From an uncultured delta proteobacterium (GTDB lineage: Bacteria > Myxococcota_A > Polyangia > Haliangiales > Haliangiaceae): 64,000 bases of DNA. Under the pieces are notes generated by a model that saw nothing but the letters and a program-made list of their open reading frames with translations, had not been told where the DNA came from and did not search any database. How positions within the stretch are numbered: the stretch's first letter is position 1; the number at the start of each line of letters is the position of its first letter. The stretch lies in the NCBI GenBank assembly GCA_963848295.1, contig CAWKDB010000010.1:1152001-1216000 (forward strand), read 5' to 3'. The position numbers and the translations under genes were made by a program. Below, piece by piece: positions 56,397 through 64,000 of this stretch.

Positions 56397-58189
56397 CCTC
56401 AGCCCTCATCATCGGCGGCGGTGTCGCCGGCCTCACCGTCGCCCACGAGCTCGTCGAGCGCGGCTTCACCGTCGATGTCTACGACGTGCGGCCGACGTGG
56501 GGCGGCAAGGCGCGTTCGCAGCCGGTCGTCGGCTCCGGCGCCGGATCGCGCCAGGATCTGCCCGGCGAGCACGGCTTCCGGTTTTACCCGCGGTTCTACA
56601 AGCACGTCATCGATACGATGGCGCGCACCCCGCTCGCAGGCGGCGGTCACGTCGTCGATCGCCTGCGCGCGACGACCGAGAGTGCGATCGCGTTGGTCGA
56701 CAGCACGACGTGGTACCGGTTTCCGCGGCGCGAGGTGACGACGCCGTACGACGTCATGTCGGCGCTCGAGCTGTTCTTTCAGGACCTGGACTTCGACGAC
56801 GGCGACATCGCGCTGTTTTCGGCGAAGGTCCTGGAGTTCTTCACGTCGAGCGACGAGCGCCGGCTCGGCGAGTACGAGCAGATGTCGTGGTGGGACTTTC
56901 TCGACGGCGACAACTACTCCGCGAACTTCCAGCGCCAGCTACGCGCGGTGCCGCACACGATGGTCGCGATGGACCCGAAGCACGGCTCGGCGCGCACGGT
57001 CGGCACGATCTCGATGCAGCTGATCCTCGACTTCGCCTCGAACGGCTCGACGAACGATCGCACGATGGGCGGACCGACGACCGAGATGTGGATCGAGCCC
57101 TGGACGACGTATCTCCAGTCGCGCGGTGTCAATCTCCATGCGGGCACGGCGGTGTCGGCGATCACGGTCGCGGGCGATCGGATCTCGGGCGTCACGATCG
57201 GCGGTTCGACCGTGACCGCCGACTACTACGTGCTCGCGGTGCCGATCGACGCCGCGATCGGCATGATCACGCCGGCGATGGGTGCGCTCGATCCCGTGCT
57301 CGACCGACTGCGCACTCAAGACCCCGACACGCTCGTCTCGTGGATGAGCGGTATCCAGTACTTCCTGTACGAAGACGTGCCGCTGGTCGCGGGGCACACG
57401 TTCTATCCGGACTCGCCGTGGGCGCTGACCACGATCTCGCAGCCGCAGTTCTGGCGCGACCTCGGGCTGTTTCGCCGCCGCTATGGCGACGGCGAGGTCG
57501 GCGGGCTGATCTCGGTCGATATCTCCGACTGGACGACGCCGGGCACGTTCGTGACCAAGCCGGCGAACCAGTGCACGAAGGACGAGATCGCGAAGGAGAT
57601 CTGGGAGCAGCTCAAGGCCGCGCTCAACGGCTCCGCGACCGACGCCAAGACTCTCGACGACTCGCTGCTCGCGTCGTGGCACCTCGATGACGACATCGAC
57701 TACTCCGCCGGCATCCCCCCGATCAATCACTCGCGGCTGCTCGTCCACCCGCCGGGCGCGTGGGCCCTGCGCCCGGATGCGACGACCGCGCTGCCGAACC
57801 TCGTGCTCGCTGCGGACTACGTCCGCACGAACACGAACCTGGCGTCGATGGAGGGCGCGAATGAAGCGGCCCGCCGCGCGGTCAACGCGATCCTCGATCG
57901 GGCGGGCTCGATGGCGCCGCGCGCGCAAGTCTGGCCGTTGACCGAGCCCTCGGAATTCGCGCTCGCGAAGAAGCTCGATGCCTGGTTGTTCAAGCATGGT
58001 CATCGCCACGTGTTCGAGATCCTCGGCCTCGAGGACGGCGCGAAGGCGGCGACGTGGCTACGCCGGTTCGAGCAGGCGATCGGGCTCACTCACCTCGATG
58101 ACCTGTTCAACGAGGACTTCAAGGTCACCGCGATCATGCGGGCTATCCTCGAGAAGCTGGGGATTCCGGCTTCGTCGGTGGGCGAATGA
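56393..58189 (+). CDS. FAD-dependent oxidoreductase (amine oxidase / carotenoid-squalene desaturase superfamily)
   Basis: GGGVAG, GGKARS, GEHGFRF, NL.LAADYV, ASMEGANE.AR.AVN; ATGA overlap with the kinase. Confidence 0.88.
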   Translation: MTSALIIGGGVAGLTVAHELVERGFTVDVYDVRPTWGGKARSQPVVGSGAGSRQDLPGEHGFRFYPRFYKHVIDTMARTPLAGGGHVVDRLRATTESAIALVDSTTWYRFPRREVTTPYDVMSALELFFQDLDFDDGDIALFSAKVLEFFTSSDERRLGEYEQMSWWDFLDGDNYSANFQRQLRAVPHTMVAMDPKHGSARTVGTISMQLILDFASNGSTNDRTMGGPTTEMWIEPWTTYLQSRGVNLHAGTAVSAITVAGDRISGVTIGGSTVTADYYVLAVPIDAAIGMITPAMGALDPVLDRLRTQDPDTLVSWMSGIQYFLYEDVPLVAGHTFYPDSPWALTTISQPQFWRDLGLFRRRYGDGEVGGLISVDISDWTTPGTFVTKPANQCTKDEIAKEIWEQLKAALNGSATDAKTLDDSLLASWHLDDDIDYSAGIPPINHSRLLVHPPGAWALRPDATTALPNLVLAADYVRTNTNLASMEGANEAARRAVNAILDRAGSMAPRAQVWPLTEPSEFALAKKLDAWLFKHGHRHVFEILGLEDGAKAATWLRRFEQAIGLTHLDDLFNEDFKVTAIMRAILEKLGIPASSVGE

Positions 58190-58517
58190 CCACGACCGCG
58201 CTCGGAGGATCTACATCGCGCTTGCGATCCGATGGCCAGTAGGTCGCCAGGATCTTCTCCGCATTGCCCGCACGCGCCGCGTTCACGCGCTTGACCGCAC
58301 GCCACATCATCCAGCCGGTGAACAGCGCGATCGCCGCGCCGATGCCGAGCAACCGCCAGCGATACTCCCAGCCACGAGGCGCAGGCGCGTTCGACGTCCA
58401 GAACCCGCTCGGTCGGTTCTCGAGGTACTCGTGCGTGGTCGGCGGCTCGGCCGCGGCGATCACGGGCAGCGCGAGCGTCCCGATCAACACCACGAGGCTC
58501 CAGTACAACCTGCGCAT
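58143..58517 (-). CDS. Small exported/membrane protein
   Basis: GAGAGG SD, signal peptide, RPSGFWTS motif, second TM; overlaps the convergent gene by 47 nt. Confidence 0.6.
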   Translation of the reverse strand: MRRLYWSLVVLIGTLALPVIAAAEPPTTHEYLENRPSGFWTSNAPAPRGWEYRWRLLGIGAAIALFTGWMMWRAVKRVNAARAGNAEKILATYWPSDRKRDVDPPSAVVVIRPPTKPESPASRG

Positions 58518-58603
58518 CTGGCCCTCTCTTACCAGATCGCGGGTTGCTCTGGGGAGGCCTTCGCGATCTGCGTCAGCGCGCCGCAGGCGCCCTGGTCGCC
58601 CTC

Positions 58604-60904
58604 TTACGGCTTCTTGCCGTGGTGCTTGCGGTCGGGTTTCGAATGGGCCTTCTTGAGATCGATCGTGCCATCCGACTTCGCGAGCGGATTCGTCGGGCGC
58701 GCGTTCTTGATCGCCTTCTTCACGCGCTTCAAGCACTCCTCTTCGGTCTCGGTGTCATCCTTCGCGAACACGAGCGGCGTCGCCATCGCCTTGTCGTATT
58801 CCTCTTGGGTCAGGCGATCGCGCTTGAGCATGATGCCGAGGATTCGCTCGATCTTGCCCGACGTCCACTTCGTCAACGTGCCGGCGCAGTATTGACGATA
58901 GCGATCCTTCGGGTTCGGCAAGATCGACGAAAAGAACGCCGCCTCGACGGGATTGAGGTCCTTCGCTGCTTTGCCGAAGTAGTGCTCCGCCGCCGGACCG
59001 ATGCCGTACAGCCGCGGGCCGTATTCGATCACGTTGAGATAGATCTCCATGATCCGATCCTTGGTCAGCGTGTTCTCGATGTGCCACGTGAGGAACAGCT
59101 CCTGCAGCTTGCGCGCGAGTGTCTTCTCCGGCGTGAGCAGCACGTTCTTCACGGTCTGCATCGTGATCGACGACGCACCGTAGGCGAACTTGCACGCCTT
59201 GAGGTTCGTGACGAGCGCGCTCTTGAACTCGCTCGTGATAAACCCGTGGTGGCGATAGAACTCCGAGTCCTCGGTCGACATGATCGACTTCACGAGATAC
59301 GGCGAGATCTGATCGAGCGGCACGAAGTCGGGGTTCGTCGGTCCGACGATAAACGACATCCACTCGCCCTTCTCGACCTCGACGTAGTGCTCGAACTCAT
59401 CTTTGAGCCGCTTCGGTGAGTCGGCGGGCTCGTCGACGACGCGGCAGTGGTTGATCCCGACGTGACCATCGAGCACCGTCGCGTCGAGATCCCGCCAATC
59501 GATGTCGAGGTGGACGTCGGCGTCGAACACGCCGCGCAGCCGATACCCGGCCATGTACGGCGCCATCTCGGTCGGGATCGCGGTGAGCACGCGCTGGCAA
59601 TCGATCGGCGGAATCACGAGCCGGAGCTTCACTTGCTGGAGGTGGTGTGGTGCGGTGCAGCCGGTGGCGAACGGCACATCGGGCGGCGGCAGCTCGCTGA
59701 CGTGCGCCGTCTGGACGATCGTGCCGGTCACGGAGAACGGGATGTTGCGCGTGATGAAGTCGCCGCGCGTCAGCTCGACCGTACGCGTCGCGCGGTCGAA
59801 CGAGCCCTCGATCTGGCCCGACAGATCGAGGTCGTGGACCTCTTTGTCCGCGATCAGCGGGTGGCCGACGTTGAGGCCGCGGAGGTGGAAGCCGCCCGCG
59901 AACTTCACGCCCGCGCGATCGAGATCGAGGTGGAGGGTCGTGTCGATCGATGTCGATTGGTAGTCGACGACGCCCGAGTGCGCGAGGATCGGCGCGAGGC
60001 GATCGAGCTGAAACTTCTCGGCTTCGAGATCGATCGACGCGGTCAGCGCTTGCGGATCGAGCTCACCCTTGGCGGTCCATAACGCGCCTGGTACCCCGCC
60101 ATAACCGCCGGCGACGTCGAGCGCGTACTCGCCCGGATGGGTCGGATCGGCGATCAGCTTGCCGGTGATGCCCGATAGCGCGAGCTGCGGATATAGCGAG
60201 AGCTCGCCGCCCTCGACCGTGAGGACCGGCGGCTCGCCGACCTGCTTCGCGATCGTGACCGTCGTCGCCGCCGCTTTCGGCGCCGCCACCGTCGTCGCGG
60301 TCACCGAGCGCGCGTGCACGGTCAGTTGTTGCGGCGTCCAGACCGCGTCGCCGTCGCCGACGAGCGCGGTCGCCCCGGTGAGCTCGTCGTTCGCGAGCAG
60401 CCGCGCGTGCGTGACGTCGATCCTCGTGGGTCGCGGACCACTGTCACCGCCGGTCGCGCCGGCAGCTTTCGAACGCAGCCGCGCGATCACGTCGCGCAAG
60501 TTGTCGGTGCCATCGCCGCGCCGCCGCACCGTGACCGTCACGCCGTCGACCCGCACGGCGCCGAGCTCGATCGAACCGACGAGTGAATGCCAGGCATCGA
60601 AGTCGACGTCGATGCGATCGACGTGAACGAGCGGCGTATCGCCGTCGAGCGGACCGCGCACCTCGACATCGTGGATCACGGCGTGACCCAGACCGACATC
60701 GATCGCGCCGAGCCGTACGTCGCGGCCGAGCTTCACCGCGAGCCTCGTGCCGAGCTTGCCGCGGATCATCCACGCGCCGACCCGCGGGTAGATCCCGAAC
60801 AGCAGCAGCACGACGAGCGCGGCGACCCCGAACAGGCTCGCGCCGAGGACGATCAGCCGGCGGCGGTGCCGCCCGACATGCGTCCCCGACGGCAAGCTGG
60901 CCAT
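58604..60904 (-). CDS. Monofunctional peptidoglycan transglycosylase (GT51) fused to a long AsmA-like beta-rich N-terminal region
   Basis: TED..F..HHGF, GASSITMQ.VKN, RKLQE, YLNVIEYG; no transpeptidase domain; N-terminal TM. Confidence 0.88.
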   Translation of the reverse strand: MASLPSGTHVGRHRRRLIVLGASLFGVAALVVLLLFGIYPRVGAWMIRGKLGTRLAVKLGRDVRLGAIDVGLGHAVIHDVEVRGPLDGDTPLVHVDRIDVDFDAWHSLVGSIELGAVRVDGVTVTVRRRGDGTDNLRDVIARLRSKAAGATGGDSGPRPTRIDVTHARLLANDELTGATALVGDGDAVWTPQQLTVHARSVTATTVAAPKAAATTVTIAKQVGEPPVLTVEGGELSLYPQLALSGITGKLIADPTHPGEYALDVAGGYGGVPGALWTAKGELDPQALTASIDLEAEKFQLDRLAPILAHSGVVDYQSTSIDTTLHLDLDRAGVKFAGGFHLRGLNVGHPLIADKEVHDLDLSGQIEGSFDRATRTVELTRGDFITRNIPFSVTGTIVQTAHVSELPPPDVPFATGCTAPHHLQQVKLRLVIPPIDCQRVLTAIPTEMAPYMAGYRLRGVFDADVHLDIDWRDLDATVLDGHVGINHCRVVDEPADSPKRLKDEFEHYVEVEKGEWMSFIVGPTNPDFVPLDQISPYLVKSIMSTEDSEFYRHHGFITSEFKSALVTNLKACKFAYGASSITMQTVKNVLLTPEKTLARKLQELFLTWHIENTLTKDRIMEIYLNVIEYGPRLYGIGPAAEHYFGKAAKDLNPVEAAFFSSILPNPKDRYRQYCAGTLTKWTSGKIERILGIMLKRDRLTQEEYDKAMATPLVFAKDDTETEEECLKRVKKAIKNARPTNPLAKSDGTIDLKKAHSKPDRKHHGKKP

Positions 60905-60942
60905 GCGCTCGTATACCAAACTCGCCGGCTCGTCGGGGCGGG

Positions 60943-61386
60943 TTACTTACAGGTCAGCGCGAGGATATGGCCCTCGGCCTTCGCGTTCGACGCGACCCAC
61001 ACCGCCCAGTTGCCCACGGCCAGCGCCTGCTTGACGTCGAGCACGCGCTTGCCGGTGCGATCGTCCATCGTCACGGTCAGCTCGAGTCGCTTGTCGGTGC
61101 GATCGCGGAGCAGGAGCGATGCGCCACCTTGGGCGAGCTTGAGCGTCTGCGCTTTGAGCTTGTCGAGCGACGCGTTGCCGCCCGACAGCTTGTGGAACTC
61201 GGTCCACGCCGAGAGCGGTGGTGTCGTCAGCTTTTTCTCGAGCGCTTTGAGCTCGGCGTCGATCGCCTTCTTGCCGCTCGACGCACCGATCTCGAGGTAG
61301 CTGCAGTCGGCGTCGCCAGCGAACGCGGGCGCGGCGAGCAACGCGGTCGCGACCAGTGTGGCGGCGAGCGACGGACGACAGTTCAT
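60943..61386 (-). CDS. Secreted hypothetical protein in the ECF operon
   Basis: Signal peptide (PAFA|G), terminal Cys; ATGA coupled to anti-sigma. Confidence 0.7.
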   Translation of the reverse strand: MNCRPSLAATLVATALLAAPAFAGDADCSYLEIGASSGKKAIDAELKALEKKLTTPPLSAWTEFHKLSGGNASLDKLKAQTLKLAQGGASLLLRDRTDKRLELTVTMDDRTGKRVLDVKQALAVGNWAVWVASNAKAEGHILALTCK

Positions 61387-61910
61387 AGGCCTTCAACACT
61401 ATCCTCTGGCGCGACCCAGATCACGGTCGTGCTCCGTCCATCTGCATCTTGCAAGTGAAACACCGTGCCGGTGCCGCCCGGGGTGTCGAGCGACTCGACC
61501 TCGGCGGGGCGAAATTGTGCGGGCTGAGTGGTGATCGGGTTGACGATCGGGCCACGGCTCGAGCCATCGGGTTGGCTCGGCCGCGCGATGATCGCGATCG
61601 CGGCGACCGCGCCGGCGCTGACCGCGCCCGTGATGATGTGGCTGCGATAGCGATCGAACCACGCAGCCATACGTCCGAGCAGACCGCGCGACTCGCCCGC
61701 CGGCGCGGCCGTCTGCTCGTCGATCCGCCGCCACATCGCCGCGAACTTCGCCTCGGCCACCGCATCGGCGGAGAGCTCGACATGACCGCGCACGAGCTCG
61801 CCGAGCTCCGCGATCGCATCGACCTTCGCCCGTGCTTCACCGGCGGGCACCGCGATGTCGCCACGCTCGCCATCGGCCGCCTGCATGAGCTCCGAATCGC
61901 GCGGGTTCAT
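61383..61910 (-). CDS. Putative membrane anti-sigma factor
   Basis: L...ADGE, single TM, C-terminal EVESL...TTVIW; ATGA coupled to the ECF sigma. Confidence 0.75.
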   Translation of the reverse strand: MNPRDSELMQAADGERGDIAVPAGEARAKVDAIAELGELVRGHVELSADAVAEAKFAAMWRRIDEQTAAPAGESRGLLGRMAAWFDRYRSHIITGAVSAGAVAAIAIIARPSQPDGSSRGPIVNPITTQPAQFRPAEVESLDTPGGTGTVFHLQDADGRSTTVIWVAPEDSVEGL

Positions 61911-62605
61911 CGCGACCTCGCGGCGAGCTCGCCATCATCGTCCGCGTCGGCCTCCGCGTCGTCCGGATCGGTCGCGGTCGCCACGGTGAGGCTCGACTGA
62001 TCGACGAGATCGCTCAGCTGCTTTTGCATGTTGCGCCGCGCGTGAAACAGCCGCGACATGATCGTGCCTTTCGAGCAGCCCATCGCGTCAGCCATCGCCT
62101 CGTACGACAAGCCCTCGAGCTCGCGCATCACGAGCACGGCGCGATGGTTGTCGGACAGCTCGCCGAGCGCGAGGTCGATGCGCGCGCGGATCTCCTTGTC
62201 GAGCAGCGCCCGCCCGGGGTTACCGCCGAGCACGCGCGGCAGGAGGGCCTCGTCCGCGTTCTCGATCGCCTCGTCATCGAGCTCGACCGGGCTCACCCGA
62301 CGGCGCTTGCGGAGCTGATCGATGGCGAGGTTCATGACGATCCGGTACAGCCAGGTGTAGAAGCTCGAGGCGCCCTCGAACTTGTCTAGGTGCTTGTGAG
62401 CCTTGATGAAAGCGTCCTGGACGACGTCGAGCGCGTCGTCTTGGTGGCGAAGAACACCAACGGCGAGCGCGTACGCACGCCGGTGATACCGGTCGAACAG
62501 CGTGCGGAACGCGTCGCGATCGCCGTGTCGAGCGGCGGAAGCCAGCGCGCGATCGTCAACGTCCTCATGCGCCGAAATCGACGCTCGCGGGGCCTCCTTA
62601 TTCAC
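61907..62605 (-). CDS. ECF sigma factor (RpoE-like)
   Basis: [42 protein letters not shown]. Confidence 0.93.
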   Translation of the reverse strand: MNKEAPRASISAHEDVDDRALASAARHGDRDAFRTLFDRYHRRAYALAVGVLRHQDDALDVVQDAFIKAHKHLDKFEGASSFYTWLYRIVMNLAIDQLRKRRRVSPVELDDEAIENADEALLPRVLGGNPGRALLDKEIRARIDLALGELSDNHRAVLVMRELEGLSYEAMADAMGCSKGTIMSRLFHARRNMQKQLSDLVDQSSLTVATATDPDDAEADADDDGELAARSR

Positions 62606-62684
62606 GCGCCGACGGTTATATCACCTCGTCCTCGGTCTCCTACCGCCTGCTATGCTGCGGGGGCCGCGCGGCGAAGGCGATATC

Positions 62685-64000
62685 GTGGCTCGTAGCGTCA
62701 TTCCGGGGTTTCTCGAACGCGTTCGCGCGCTGGTGTATCGCCGCGAGGCGTGGCGATCCGTGCTGTTCGCGATCGCCGCCCTCGGCGGGCTCGCGATCGT
62801 CCTGCCGCTGATCGGGACGTTGCTCGGCCACGCGCGCGCCGCCGCACTCGCGGTGCTCGGGATCGGTGGTCTCGCGGCGGTGCTCGTCGTCGTGTTCGCG
62901 GCGGTGCTCGGCGGCTTCGTGCCGCGCCGGCGATTCGAGCGCGACACCGATCTCGCGCGCTGGATCGGCGCGCGGCGCGGCGATGTCGCCTCCGATCTGC
63001 TGTCGGCCGTCGAGCTCGCGGCTGCGCCGCAACGCCCGGGCGCACCGTCGGTGGCGTTGGTCGAGGCACTGATCGTTTCGACCGGGCACACGATCGAGGC
63101 GATCGAGCCCGAGACGCTGTTGCCTTCGCGCGAGCTCGCACCGGCGCGGCGCTGGGCGCTCGGCGCGATCGCGGGTAACGCGCTGCTCGTGGCACTCGTG
63201 CCGCACGCGCTCGCGTCCGGCTGGCACACGCTCGTGGCGTCGCCCATGACACCGTTCGATGACGCGCAGCTTTCGGCGGTGCCGCTCGTCGGCGATCTCG
63301 ATGCGACGCTCGAGTTTCCGGCGTACAGCAGACGTCCGCCGCTCCCGCTGCGGTCGTCGTCGGGCGACGTCCGCGGCTTACCGGGGACGATCGTGACGCT
63401 GCACGCGCACATGCTCGTGCCCGCGGCTGCCGCCGAGCTCGTGTTCGATGGACCCGCAGCGCCATCCGGCGAGCAACCCGCATCGCCGTCCGCCGGTGGC
63501 GAGCACACGGTGGCGGCGAAGGTCGACGGCGATATCGTCACGGCGTCCTTCACGATCGATCATTCCGCGCGCTATCGGTTCGCGATCACGTCGCCAGGCG
63601 GCGCCCGCTCGATCGAGGCGACCCCGCGCGCGATCGACGCAGAGGCCGATCAAGCGCCGACGGTGCAGCTGCTGGCACCCGCCGACACGCTCGACGTCTC
63701 GAACCTCAAGCGGATCGAGCTCGCGTACGTGATCGAAGATGATTTCGGCCTGACATCGGCCGAGCTCGTCTGGGACGCTGGCAAGGATCACGGGCGCAAG
63801 CCGATCACGCTCGCGCCGAACGGGACCGAGCCGAGCTCGCGCGCGCAGGGCAAGCTGACATGGGACATCGCCGAGCTCGCGGTGCCGAGCGGCGGCGACG
63901 TGCGCTACTGGCTCGAAGCGAAGGACAACGACACCGTCGGCGGACCGAACGTCGGCAAGTCGCGCGAGTTTCATCTGCGCGTGATCAGCCCGCGCGAGCG
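62685..64000 (+). CDS. DUF4175-like large membrane protein (partial, runs off window)
   Basis: Open frame from GTG 62685; TM helices, LLSAVEL, FPAY, D..P.V.L..P, DDFGL, EAKDND.V.GP..G.S. Confidence 0.78.
   Translation, partial: MARSVIPGFLERVRALVYRREAWRSVLFAIAALGGLAIVLPLIGTLLGHARAAALAVLGIGGLAAVLVVVFAAVLGGFVPRRRFERDTDLARWIGARRGDVASDLLSAVELAAAPQRPGAPSVALVEALIVSTGHTIEAIEPETLLPSRELAPARRWALGAIAGNALLVALVPHALASGWHTLVASPMTPFDDAQLSAVPLVGDLDATLEFPAYSRRPPLPLRSSSGDVRGLPGTIVTLHAHMLVPAAAAELVFDGPAAPSGEQPASPSAGGEHTVAAKVDGDIVTASFTIDHSARYRFAITSPGGARSIEATPRAIDAEADQAPTVQLLAPADTLDVSNLKRIELAYVIEDDFGLTSAELVWDAGKDHGRKPITLAPNGTEPSSRAQGKLTWDIAELAVPSGGDVRYWLEAKDNDTVGGPNVGKSREFHLRVISPRE

Overview
About 70% GC bacterial chromosomal DNA. 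Gene content (several Hanks-type Ser/Thr kinases, TSP3-repeat OmpA lipoprotein, very Cys-rich lipoproteins, multidomain S41 peptidase, DUF4175) points to a myxobacterium (Myxococcota, possibly Kofleriaceae/Haliangiales-like); this taxonomy is inference. About 50 genes are supported: housekeeping (cyaY, apbE, rsmI, rpoH-like sigma, dapA/dapB, PBP1A, trmH-like, ECF sigma/anti-sigma), signalling proteins and envelope genes. No rRNA, tRNA, cas gene or intact mobile element was seen. Six genes carry 11 frameshifts, each repairable by deleting one base, which suggests long-read consensus error. Best leads: (1) three tandem paralogous lipoproteins, each with exactly 35 aligned Cys and its own copy of one promoter motif; (2) a 13-kb cluster of five GT-C-fold glycosyltransferases plus an atypical sulfatase-superfamily enzyme; (3) a window-wide leaderless-mRNA signature (TAnnnT-N6-start), including a 22-bp bidirectional promoter; (4) a 27-bp repeat family in doublets abutting stop codons, one carrying a duplicate gene end; (5) an orphan CheA-like kinase coupled to an Slr1659/STAS-like protein; (6) a PBP1A/FG-GAP/solute-binding protein/sensor kinase operon with no transporter; (7) a decayed low-GC mosaic at 36.9-40.2 kb. 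All family calls come from motif recognition, not database searches.
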